Assembly: GCA_020434085.1 (NCBI GenBank)
Contig: JAGRBM010000286.1
Location: forward strand, 1,246 to 65,245
Reading direction: 5' to 3'
Source of the DNA: Chrysiogenia bacterium
Lineage (GTDB): Bacteria > JAGRBM01
DNA: 64,000 nt
Shown: positions 49,050-58,266 of the stretch, piece by piece
Position numbering within the stretch: position 1 is the first letter of the stretch
Layout: each line of letters opens with the position of its first letter
The notes under the pieces: model-generated
What the model saw: only the letters and a program-made list of their open reading frames with translations
Database searches by the model: none
What the model was told of the DNA's origin: nothing
Program-made: the position numbers and the translations under genes

Positions 49050-50531
49050 TCATTCCTGCGGCCATGCGCGCTGATAGGCGTATTGGCCGAAATTCGACGC
49101 TGGATCGCGGAGGATCACTTGCTGGAAGGCCTCGTTGGCCTGTTTTTTTTCCCTTTTGAGATCAAAGGCCTCTCCGAGATAAAAGTAGGTATTGACCCGG
49201 TATATCTCGTTGAATCCCTTGAATGGAAGCCCCAGTTGGGCTTCGGTGTGTGTATCGACGATTTCCAGAAGGTCTCTCAGCGCGCCGATTCCCTCGTCTA
49301 CCTGATTGAGAGGCGCCGGAAGAATCGTGTAGGCGCGTCCTTTCATGAGGAGGATTTCAAGACGGTCCTTGAGGCGCCGGGGCGTAAGTCGCAGGCTTTC
49401 CTGGAACAACTGGAGCGATTTATTTAGCCACTGGGCCGGTGAGATGACCCCACCCACCCGCGCGGCCTGCATTAAGTTGGCTATCGCGGCGTAGGCTGTG
49501 GTTCTCGCATCGTGGGGCGCGACTTTGTGCGCTTTGGCGGCCATCTGAACCGCCTCGTCCGTCCGATTAAGAAACGTATCGGCGACGGTTTTGAGTAGCA
49601 TCGCGTCGGAGTCATATTTGTCGTTTTTGAGTATCCGGGTGGCCTGTTCAGCACCCTCTTCGTAGCGCCCGATCGCGAGGTAAGCCTCGGCAAGTCGGAG
49701 CTGCAGATCACGTCTTTGCTTCGCGTCGCCGTCGCGCAGCTGGGTTTCGATCTCTTCAATCTGGGAGGGAATAGCGTGCTTTTCCAAAAATGCTTCACTG
49801 GGGATATAGATCTTCTTTCGCAGTTTTTCGACAGACAGCGGGCCTTCTTCATATGCGCGCTCGAAATGCAGCCGAAGAGCTCGTGTCTTCGCGGCTTCCA
49901 AAAATCGGTTAATGAGTGAATCGATTTCCCCCAACCGTCCCACTACTTCCCGGAAACTGGCGTCCCCGTCAATGGTGTGAATGAGGGCCTTGGATTCCTT
50001 GGTAACGACGGCTTCGATCGGGTTGAGAAGGTCAACGAAGAATTCGACGGGCAGTCCCTTGCTGTGAGCGGTCGAAACGATCCACGCGATTTTCCGTTCT
50101 TCGCCGGAGAGCGGCCCTTCGATGGCGCTGATGAGCCCGGCCTCCGCAAGGTATTTCTGCAAGTCCTCTGGTATTTCAACTTCGGCCGCGGGCTCCGTCG
50201 CCAGAACACCAACGCTGGGCGGAAGAAACCCTTTCCCCTCGGTTGCCCGCTCGAACATGTCAGCCACCAGGCTGAGTTCGAGCGCCTGGGCATCGTAGTT
50301 GCCCTGCTTGAAAAGCTGAGCGATGAAGGCCAGTGGGAGTTTCTTTTCCTTTTGTAGCTTGCGGACGAGTTCGAGAAGCTTGAGATGGTTTTCGTCGTAA
50401 AGGGCCAGTTTTTCGCGTACTTTGCGGGGCGGGGGCAGGATCCCCGCCCGCAAATAGTAGTGGATTGTTTTGCCGGCCACGCCCGCGGCATCTGCCAATT
50501 CTGAAAGTTTAAATTGTTTCTTTTTCGCCAT
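49050..50531 (-). CDS. MerR-family HTH transcriptional regulator fused to a long helical/TPR-like domain
   Basis: N-terminal FKLSELADAAGVAGKTIHYYLRAGIL MerR HTH; 493 aa, with alpha-helical repeats in the rest. Confidence 0.7.
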   Translation of the reverse strand: MAKKKQFKLSELADAAGVAGKTIHYYLRAGILPPPRKVREKLALYDENHLKLLELVRKLQKEKKLPLAFIAQLFKQGNYDAQALELSLVADMFERATEGKGFLPPSVGVLATEPAAEVEIPEDLQKYLAEAGLISAIEGPLSGEERKIAWIVSTAHSKGLPVEFFVDLLNPIEAVVTKESKALIHTIDGDASFREVVGRLGEIDSLINRFLEAAKTRALRLHFERAYEEGPLSVEKLRKKIYIPSEAFLEKHAIPSQIEEIETQLRDGDAKQRRDLQLRLAEAYLAIGRYEEGAEQATRILKNDKYDSDAMLLKTVADTFLNRTDEAVQMAAKAHKVAPHDARTTAYAAIANLMQAARVGGVISPAQWLNKSLQLFQESLRLTPRRLKDRLEILLMKGRAYTILPAPLNQVDEGIGALRDLLEIVDTHTEAQLGLPFKGFNEIYRVNTYFYLGEAFDLKREKKQANEAFQQVILRDPASNFGQYAYQRAWPQE

Positions 50532-50605
50532 GGCCTCAAAAATACCACGAGTTCAAATAGTTATGATGCGCGCCCGGTCCCTTGCCCCGTGCAGTATAAT
50601 CCAGC

Positions 50606-50638
50606 CCTTGACGGCGAATCAAGGATAGTGTTTACTAT
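50606..50638 (+). promoter_or_regulatory. MerR-type promoter: TTGACG -35 and TACTAT -10 with a 19-bp spacer, overlapped by the inverted repeat CCTTGA-N7-TCAAGG
   Basis: Read directly; lies between the divergent merR-like gene and diiron paralog 5. Confidence 0.5.
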
Positions 50639-50714
50639 ATTTGTAGTCGGATGGGCGTTTTCCGGGGTCTTTCCCGGAGTGCCTCAATGGATACGGAGCA
50701 AAGGAGCGACTCTT

Positions 50715-51647
50715 ATGGCGGAGCTAGTTCAAAGAGCAACTCGTGAGCAACTTACCAAGGTGGATGCCAGTGACAACATTTACAAGGTGGACCTGTGGCT
50801 CAAGACGGCACCGCAGGGCTATCTCGTCAAGACCCGTTACGGAAAATACGAGGACCGGCCAATCGAAGAGAATCCCCTCCTTTTTGAAGAAGGGGATCTG
50901 CGGGACCAGCAGCTGATGACCCTCGCTCATTTCGTGGTGGGGGAGCGGGCGGCCCTCCTCTCGGCAGCGGGCTGTATTCCCCGTGAGCCTGACCATGCGG
51001 CGCGGGCGTTTCTCTCGACCCAGACGGCTGATGAGGGGCGGCATGTGGAGGTCTTCTCCCAGCGCCTCTTCGACCTGGGGGTAACCAGGGAACAGTTTGA
51101 GGACTTTCTCGACAGCTGGACCAATCCCTATCTCAAAAAGTTTTGCCTTGCCCTCGAAGACCTCGTCAAGAATGGCGATTACGTCGCTGCCATCGTTTGC
51201 AACAATATCATTCTGGAGGGGCTCGCTTTCAGCGTCTTTGAGTTCTCCCGCGGGATAAGCCAATTCATGGATCCCGTTGGCGAGCAGGTGCTCTGCGGCG
51301 TCATCGCCGACGAGCGTCGGCACGTCGGTTTTGGGGAAAATCATCTTGCAAAACTCGTGGCCCGTTTTCCCGAAAGCAAGCGTAAAATCGAGAATGCCCA
51401 GAAGGAACTGTCCGGGTTCATGATGGCCAGCTTCAAGAGCATGCTCAGCAAGTTTGGATCAGTTATGAATCGGACGATCGGCGAATACAAAGAAGTTCTT
51501 GGCGATTTCGAGCCGTATCCGGGAATCAAGCTTGGTCGCTCGAACTCCGAAGATCTGATGGGCGCAATGTGGACCAAGATGGAGCGGGAGTTCAAAGACC
51601 GTCTCACCCGGATCGGCGTGGATTACCAAGAGCCGTACCAGAATTAG
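50715..51647 (+). CDS. Ferritin-like diiron-carboxylate protein, paralog 5 (310 aa)
   Basis: ATG at 50715 with an AAGGAG RBS; GERAAL...TADEGRHVEVF and EGLAFSV...ADERRHVGFG motifs. Confidence 0.7.
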   Translation: MAELVQRATREQLTKVDASDNIYKVDLWLKTAPQGYLVKTRYGKYEDRPIEENPLLFEEGDLRDQQLMTLAHFVVGERAALLSAAGCIPREPDHAARAFLSTQTADEGRHVEVFSQRLFDLGVTREQFEDFLDSWTNPYLKKFCLALEDLVKNGDYVAAIVCNNIILEGLAFSVFEFSRGISQFMDPVGEQVLCGVIADERRHVGFGENHLAKLVARFPESKRKIENAQKELSGFMMASFKSMLSKFGSVMNRTIGEYKEVLGDFEPYPGIKLGRSNSEDLMGAMWTKMEREFKDRLTRIGVDYQEPYQN

Positions 51648-51708
51648 CCCTTCCTCAACGGATCCGGTCGCCGATGCCCATACATTGCGGATCAAGTGAG
51701 GGTAGAAG

Positions 51709-53781
51709 ATGTCCCAGGATATCAGCACAAAAGCGCGGAGCCACAAGCACCCGCTGAAAATTGCGCCGCCTAAGAAGATCCCTGTCCATGTCGGCGAAGA
51801 CGCCGATGAGACCGTTACCTTGGAAGGCCTGGCCCCCCACGTTGAACTCCCCGAGGGACTGGCGTTCGATAAGTCGAAGTTTGATTCGGTTGGGACGGGA
51901 GCCGGCCATCCCCCCCTGAAGGTGCCTCCGCCGCCAAGGCCCAAGGCCGCCAAGCGTCCGCCCCTGTCTCCCCCGGCTGCCTCACCATCCGCTTCGGACA
52001 CAGCACATGACGGAGAAGAAGAGGTCATCATTGAGCAGCGTCGTCCGAAGGAAAAGAAGGTTGTAGGCGGTCGCCTGCAGAATCCAGACGCACTGGCCCG
52101 GCTGGAACCACCCGATTTCTCCGCAATTCCGCCGGATCCTGAGGTACACGTCCCCTCCAGACTCCGGGCAGATCCGCAGCGGCTCGTGGAAATTGCGCGT
52201 GTGCTATTCCGCCACGGCCTCGGGTTTCCCCTGGAATGCGTCCGGGGCAGGAACTCGCGCAAGGCCCTTGCCCGGCGGTTGCGCCTGGCTTTTGAAGAGC
52301 TGGGTCCGACCTTTATCAAGCTGGGGCAGATGGTGGCGTCGAGTCCCGGAATTTTCCCAAGGGAAGTATCCGATGAATTCCTCAAATGCCTCGATAAGGT
52401 CCCCGCGTTTCGGTTTTCGGAAGTAAAACGCATTCTTGGGGACGAGCTCGGACCCGGTTGGGAGGCCCGATTTCAGAAGATCGAGGCCGTTCCGGTTGCT
52501 GCCGCAAGCATCGCCCAGGTCCACTTCGCCGAATTGGCCGACGGCACGCCTGTCGTCATCAAAGTGCAGCGACCGGGCATTCAAAAGGTCATTGAGCGGG
52601 ATCTCGGAATTCTGTTTTTGCTGGCGAAAGGGCTTGTGCGTGCCTTCGAAAATGCCCATCTGGCCAATCCGGTGGGAATCGTCTCGGATTTCAATCAGAC
52701 GCTGCATGAGGAACTCGACTTCCGACTGGAAGCCAACAGCATGGAGCGGTTCAATGCGGTGTTTTCCTCTGCTGGAGACAAGCGCATCTATGCGGCCCAA
52801 GTGTACCGCGAACTTACCACGAAACGCATCTTGGTGATGGAGCGGCTACATGGCGCCCGGGTGGACGACCTCGATTCGATTCGAAATCTTGGTGTGGACC
52901 CTGAAGACGCTCTCCGCCTCGGAATCAAGGCAGTTCTTCGTACGATGATGTTGCATGGATTTTTCCATGGCGATGTGCATGCGGGCAATCTCCTCATCAC
53001 CGCAGATGCCGGCGTCCATTTCATGGATTTCGGAATCGTCGGCAGGCTCGACGACGAGCGAAGTAAACGCGTCACTCACCTTCTGGTTTCGCTCATGGCG
53101 GGCACTTTCGAGAACCTGGCCGACGTGCTCATGAAGCTGGGTACTACAAATGCAAAGACCGACCGGATTCAGCTGAAGGATGATCTGAAGAACCTGCTGG
53201 GACAGTTCAAGGACACGGCGCTTGGTGCGCTCAACTTCGGAGACCTGCTGACCGCCGTCGTCAAAGCAGCCGTACGGAACCATGTGCGCCTTCCGCGAGA
53301 GTTCGTTCTACTGGTGAAACAGATAGTTTACTTCGACCGCTACGCCCACGTTCTTGCTCCCGATCTGAATATATTCGACGACCGTTTCTTGATCGATTTC
53401 CTGTGGCGTGACCCGCTGGGTCGAAAACGATTTCCGCAGATGCAGATGATCGGCATGCTTGGAAATGTCCGCTCCATCAAGGATCTTCGCAATAATCGCC
53501 GGCGCTCTTTCGACGAGCTTCCGGAGCGGTACAGGGGGAAATACCGATACTGGGATGGCTCTCCCCTTCAGCCCAATGAGCTCCAGTGCGTTGTCTGCAA
53601 CATCATCGTGATTGCCAAACGCCCGTTTCAGGTCGGAGACAGGGTGTTCTGTCAACCCTGCGGCACCAAAATGGTGGTGATCGAGAAGGAAGGAAAACTC
53701 ACGGCCGAACCGATTTATTCCCAAGAAGCGCAGGCATCCTTCCGGATAACAGAGGGTTTGCAGGAATTCGCGCCGATCTGA
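51709..53781 (+). CDS. ABC1/UbiB (Coq8-like) kinase with a Pro-rich N-terminal extension and a C-terminal Cys-rich (zinc-ribbon-like) tail
   Basis: [35 protein letters not shown]1 motifs; C-terminal CVVCN...CQPCG. Confidence 0.8.
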   Translation: MSQDISTKARSHKHPLKIAPPKKIPVHVGEDADETVTLEGLAPHVELPEGLAFDKSKFDSVGTGAGHPPLKVPPPPRPKAAKRPPLSPPAASPSASDTAHDGEEEVIIEQRRPKEKKVVGGRLQNPDALARLEPPDFSAIPPDPEVHVPSRLRADPQRLVEIARVLFRHGLGFPLECVRGRNSRKALARRLRLAFEELGPTFIKLGQMVASSPGIFPREVSDEFLKCLDKVPAFRFSEVKRILGDELGPGWEARFQKIEAVPVAAASIAQVHFAELADGTPVVIKVQRPGIQKVIERDLGILFLLAKGLVRAFENAHLANPVGIVSDFNQTLHEELDFRLEANSMERFNAVFSSAGDKRIYAAQVYRELTTKRILVMERLHGARVDDLDSIRNLGVDPEDALRLGIKAVLRTMMLHGFFHGDVHAGNLLITADAGVHFMDFGIVGRLDDERSKRVTHLLVSLMAGTFENLADVLMKLGTTNAKTDRIQLKDDLKNLLGQFKDTALGALNFGDLLTAVVKAAVRNHVRLPREFVLLVKQIVYFDRYAHVLAPDLNIFDDRFLIDFLWRDPLGRKRFPQMQMIGMLGNVRSIKDLRNNRRRSFDELPERYRGKYRYWDGSPLQPNELQCVVCNIIVIAKRPFQVGDRVFCQPCGTKMVVIEKEGKLTAEPIYSQEAQASFRITEGLQEFAPI

Positions 53782-53808
53782 GAATTCCATTACTGGGGGA
53801 TTACGGAA

Positions 53809-54684
53809 ATGCTTGATCTGGAATCGCTGCTGGAGAAGTCCCACGCGGGTCAGTGGTCGGTCGCTGATTTCGATTGGGAAACGCCGTTTCCACCGGGGCT
53901 GCCGATCAGTGAGCGCAAGCGCCAGCTGCTGGGAAGAGTCCTGCTTTTCACTGCAGGGGTTGAACGTTTGGGCGCCTACGCATTTCAGATTAACGCCCGG
54001 AACTCGATGCACCCGACCGTCCGGGAGCTCTTCGAGGTCATCGCAAAAGATGAGTTCCGGCACGCGGAGGCTGAGACTCTTCTGGCGAGACGGCTGGGGG
54101 TCGAATGGAAAGATCTGCCGTGGCTCATGCGCCGGGCCTTCAAGGTGCTCTCGCACGACCTGCGGAAACTGAAGGGAGTACGAGGTCGCCTCTTCCACGA
54201 AATCGTGGGGACCCAGATCGTCCTGTTCGAACTTGGACTCGATTCGCTTTGGAGTCCGACGGTCCGGGAGATGATTGACGATCCGTTCCAGAACGAGATT
54301 ATCCGCATGATCGACCGCGATGAATCACGGCATCTGGCCATGGACTACTGGTTGCTCGAACAGAAGGGCACGGGTACTGACCGCACTTCGCTCAATGCGC
54401 GGCGAATTCTAGCCAACCTTCCCTTGCGCCTTTCGTCGGCAGCACTGGGAGCGGGCGCATTCCTGACGTTTTTCTGGAGTGTCCGGAACCTCGAAATCTC
54501 ACCCGAACGATTTGATGACTACTGGACTCGCGTACAGGCAATCGTCGACAAATCGCCGCACGCGCGCAGATTTCCGCCGCATCGCACGACGGTGGGTCTG
54601 ATAGACGCACTTGTGAACTTTTTCGACGGAAATAAGGCAGCATTCAAGGGATTTATGCTTCTGGTGACAGGACGAAATATTTAG
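53809..54684 (+). CDS. Ferritin-like diiron-carboxylate protein, paralog 6 (291 aa; group A)
   Basis: GQWSVADFDW; AKDEFRHAEAE; DRDESRHLAMDYWLL. Confidence 0.7.
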   Translation: MLDLESLLEKSHAGQWSVADFDWETPFPPGLPISERKRQLLGRVLLFTAGVERLGAYAFQINARNSMHPTVRELFEVIAKDEFRHAEAETLLARRLGVEWKDLPWLMRRAFKVLSHDLRKLKGVRGRLFHEIVGTQIVLFELGLDSLWSPTVREMIDDPFQNEIIRMIDRDESRHLAMDYWLLEQKGTGTDRTSLNARRILANLPLRLSSAALGAGAFLTFFWSVRNLEISPERFDDYWTRVQAIVDKSPHARRFPPHRTTVGLIDALVNFFDGNKAAFKGFMLLVTGRNI

Positions 54685-54693
54685 ACGGAGGAA

Positions 54694-55431
54694 TTGTCCA
54701 TGCGTACCGACAGCGATCTTTACGCGATCAGGCCCGGGCAGGCGCTCGATGCCGCCATAAAGGGAATGAAAAATCCTGATGATACCAAGCAGGCTGCGCG
54801 GATGGTTGAGGCATTGCAGGGAAGATCTCCTCTGCGCATGCTTCAGCGCGTCAAGCGCAGCAGCAAGGGGCGCCGCCTGCTGCAGGAAAGGCCCGATCTG
54901 CTCTCGGCGCTCAAGGACGCCAAGTGGTTGGCTTCCCTGCCCGAGGGTACCTTGGGCCGTGAGTATTACGAGTTTTGCCAGCGCGAGCAGCTCACCCCCG
55001 GAGGACTGGATGAAGCCGTGGCCGAGGGGTTTGATCGTTCACGTCTGGAGCGCATGAGCGAGGACGAGCAGTTTCTGCAGACGTGGATGCGTGATACGCA
55101 CGACCTCTACCACGTGTTGACAGGTTACGGAACCGATCTGCTCGGAGAATTGGGCGTCCTGACCTTTACCGCGACACAGACCAGGAATCCGGCAATCTGG
55201 TTCATGGTGCTCGTAGGTGGAACGGTGTTTGCGGCCAGAGGGCATGCGAACCCGAGGCTGTTTGCGGGCGCAATCTGGCGGGGGCTCCGCGCGCGCTCGA
55301 TCATCACGCCGAATTGGAAGAGGCTTCTTGAACAGCCCTTGTCGCAGATTCGCCGGGAACTGCGCGTCCCCCAGCCCCCGCGATACAAACCGGCCTACAC
55401 AAGCCTGGACCGGTCGGCGATGCAGCTATAG
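54694..55431 (+). CDS. Coq4-family protein (ubiquinone-biosynthesis Coq4-like)
   Basis: HDLYHVLTGYGTDLLGE matches the Coq4 zinc motif HDxxH-x11-E. Confidence 0.65.
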   Translation: MSMRTDSDLYAIRPGQALDAAIKGMKNPDDTKQAARMVEALQGRSPLRMLQRVKRSSKGRRLLQERPDLLSALKDAKWLASLPEGTLGREYYEFCQREQLTPGGLDEAVAEGFDRSRLERMSEDEQFLQTWMRDTHDLYHVLTGYGTDLLGELGVLTFTATQTRNPAIWFMVLVGGTVFAARGHANPRLFAGAIWRGLRARSIITPNWKRLLEQPLSQIRRELRVPQPPRYKPAYTSLDRSAMQL

Positions 55432-55434
55432 CCG

Positions 55435-56699
55435 TTGGTGGAAGGGGGACTCATGCCGCCATTTAATCCGCTCGTCGTATTCACTAAAAATGATCGCTTT
55501 GCCGAATACCGGCGGGCGAGGGCCGAATGTCCGGTGAGTCAGTCACGGCTTCTACCGATGTGGAACGTGATGTGCTACGACGATTGTGTGCGCGTGCTCA
55601 GAGACCCCGAACATTTTGCTTCCAGTCCGCGTGTTGCATTCGAGCGAAAGGCGCAAGGTGCCAAGGGCCTGACCGGGGCGCTCGATATGGCACAGGTGTT
55701 CGAATTACTGCCGCCGATGATGCAGCACATGATGGTGGCGACCGCCCCCCCGATCACCAGCGCTTGCGTTCACTCGTTACAAAGGCATTTACGCCCCGCA
55801 TGATCACGCAGCTCGAACCCAGAATCTCTGAACTGTCCGACGAACTGTTCGATGAGATCGAGAAGAAAGATAAGTTCGACCTAATGGAGGATTTTGCCAT
55901 TCCGCTTCCCATCTACGTGATCGCGGAGATTCTGGGAATCGATCCCCACATGTGCCATCAATTCAAGGACTGGTCGAACAAGATGGTGCTCGACCCGACA
56001 GCAAATATTTTCCTGAATGCCGGCAAGCCGATGGATATGGATTGGCTTGAAGAGTTTACAGACTATTTCGGTCGCCTCTTCGAGGAGCGACGCAAGCGGC
56101 CGATGGGAGATCTGATCAGTCAGCTGGTGAAGCTTGAAGATGCCGGGGATCGGCTGTCCGGTGACGAACTTCTTGCCATGTGCGGCATTCTTCTGGTCGC
56201 GGGGAACGAAACTACAACCAATTGGCTCGGCAATGCGCTTGTTGCTCTGACGGAGTCCCCAGAAGCTTTGAGGGAGCTTGAGCAGGATCCCTCGCTGATC
56301 CCCTGTGCGATGGAAGAAGTCCTCCGGTTTTACTCGCCGGTGCAGTGCCTGTTTCGATTTGCGAAAGAAGGCGCGAAGATCGGTGACCGTGAGATCCCGC
56401 CGGGCGAGGGCGTGCTGGTCTGGATTCAGTCGGCGCACCGGGACGAGGCGGTTTTCGATCAGCCTGATTCGTTCGACATCCACCGCGATCCCAATCCTCA
56501 TATCGCATTCGGCAGCGGCATCCATTTTTGTCTGGGCGCCCCGCTTGCGCGACTGGAAGCGAAGATCGGGATGGAGAAACTGCTTGGCAGACTGCCCGGC
56601 ATCGTGCGTGCGAGTGAAAACCCGGTACGATATCGCAAATCGATCATGCTTTATGGGCCCGACCGCGTGGACCTCGCCTCCAAGCAAAGAGCAGCGTAG
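55435..56699 (+). pseudogene. Cytochrome P450 interrupted by a -1/+1 frameshift at a C7 homopolymer (55745..55751)
   Basis: The N-terminal 100 aa (PPFNPLV...MMQHMMV) sit in frame 1 and the rest in frame 3: DPPDHQRLRSLV, I-helix AGNETT, EEVLRF, heme loop FGSGIHFCLGAPLA. Adding one C restores a continuous P450. Confidence 0.75.
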
Positions 56700-56897
56700 A
56701 AAGACTTCGGCTTTCTCTGCGTTATTCCACTTGCTGCGCGAGCCTGCGGCAAATTGCGTGCGATTGATGCGGAAAGGTGATTGAGGAATGCGCGTACCGA
56801 ACAAGTTCCGGCAGTTCCCTGCACGGTCGGCTTATTTGAGGCCTCGTCCGGCCATCGCACAATTTCTCCCGACCGCCATTGTCTCAGATTTTCAACC

Positions 56898-58262
56898 TCA
56901 AAAACTCCAGCGCATTTCCGCGAACGCCGTCGTATTGTCTTCCAGAAAGCCGAATTGGGAGATGTTTTCGCCCTTGTAGATTTCTCCGCCGACCGTGGCC
57001 TTCCATTCATCCGTCAGGTCATAGGTCAGTTTGGGCCGGAGAAACCAGTTGGTTCTCTCGAAGTTGATGACATAGGTCAGATCGAGGTCGAGAGTATCGT
57101 TCCACCACTTCTTGTTGAATCGCACGGATACACCGTTTTGCCATGTGTCCAACTGACTTGTGAACAAGGCGTTGTATTGGGCCAACTGATCATCCGGGCG
57201 CCCCAACACCGTCTCGTACTTATGGAACACCCTTCTTCCATAGTACTGGACGATCAGGTTGGTGCTGTTCCCAAAGTCCTTTTCAATGCCAAGAACATAA
57301 AAAGCGTAGGGGGTTTGGATGTCCCTGCGCCGGCCTTTGGAATTCTTCGTATGAACGTACGCACCTTCCCCCCGAAACCCCCAGCTCCCGTGGATATACA
57401 CGAAATCCGCTCCCGCACCGTGTATACGGTGGTGCGAAAGTTCGACAACCGTCACCGGCGGAGGCGGGACGATCAGATTTACTTCCGGCAGTTTGTTGAA
57501 GCCCGTAAAATAGCTCACGGACCACTCAATATCTCCGCCGGACTGGTCCAGTTTGAAACCGAACTCGCCGTTTTCGATTTCCACATCCGGAGGCTGCTGC
57601 TGAAAGGATATTCCAGGAACCGAGGGAAGCGGAATCACGCTGGCTGTTGGCACCGGCTGCCAGACGCCTGTCACGCGGAAGCCCTTGGGAAGATAGTAGT
57701 CGGCTTTGACGCCGAAGACGCCGATTCGCTGATCGAAAGGGTCCGGAAAGAGAAGCGTCAGATTTCTCGCCGAGAGCCAGTCGGTGGGATTGATCTCATC
57801 GGCACGGCCCCAAACAATGATCTGCTTTCCGACCCGGAGTTCCAGGTCCCCGGCATAGACGTCGACATAGCCCTCGCGCAACTCCAACGTGACCTCTTCG
57901 TAGAGAGTCTGCGTTCGCCCATCCCAATGGTTTGGCGTGGTTGAGTGATTCAGGTCTTGCGCCATCACCCGAGCCTCGCCATAGAGCCTGACGTGATCGC
58001 CAAATCCGGGCTCCGACCTAAGAACAAGATTGAGGCCGGGAAAATGCCGATTCTTGGTTAGGGATTTGTCCGAACTAAAATAATCAAAAGCCGCATAACC
58101 GTGGATCCCTGCTTGCTTGACGGGGTTCCATAGTTTCATGAACGGGGTTTCACGGCCCTCTGGAATCGGACCCGGGCCGTCCTCTGCCGCTGCGGCGGTC
58201 GGGAGGGAGGCAAGAATGATTCCAAGAAAGAGCAGATTGCGAAAATGAAACGTCGTCCGCAT
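56898..58262 (-). CDS. Outer-membrane beta-barrel protein (DUF1302-like?) in the exporter operon
   Basis: Signal peptide MRTTFHFRNLLFLGIILASLPTAAAA; C-terminal ...EMRWSF; ATG at 58262 is 4 nt after the upstream stop. Confidence 0.55.
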   Translation of the reverse strand: MRTTFHFRNLLFLGIILASLPTAAAAEDGPGPIPEGRETPFMKLWNPVKQAGIHGYAAFDYFSSDKSLTKNRHFPGLNLVLRSEPGFGDHVRLYGEARVMAQDLNHSTTPNHWDGRTQTLYEEVTLELREGYVDVYAGDLELRVGKQIIVWGRADEINPTDWLSARNLTLLFPDPFDQRIGVFGVKADYYLPKGFRVTGVWQPVPTASVIPLPSVPGISFQQQPPDVEIENGEFGFKLDQSGGDIEWSVSYFTGFNKLPEVNLIVPPPPVTVVELSHHRIHGAGADFVYIHGSWGFRGEGAYVHTKNSKGRRRDIQTPYAFYVLGIEKDFGNSTNLIVQYYGRRVFHKYETVLGRPDDQLAQYNALFTSQLDTWQNGVSVRFNKKWWNDTLDLDLTYVINFERTNWFLRPKLTYDLTDEWKATVGGEIYKGENISQFGFLEDNTTAFAEMRWSF

Positions 58263-58266
58263 GTTT

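Noticed and set aside
51459-52433. 324-aa minus-strand ORF
   Set aside because: It is antisense to the ABC1 kinase and the end of diiron paralog 5, and is low-complexity Ser/Arg/Gly-rich.
56781-57944. 387-aa plus-strand ORF
   Set aside because: It is antisense to the beta-barrel OMP gene and has no motifs.
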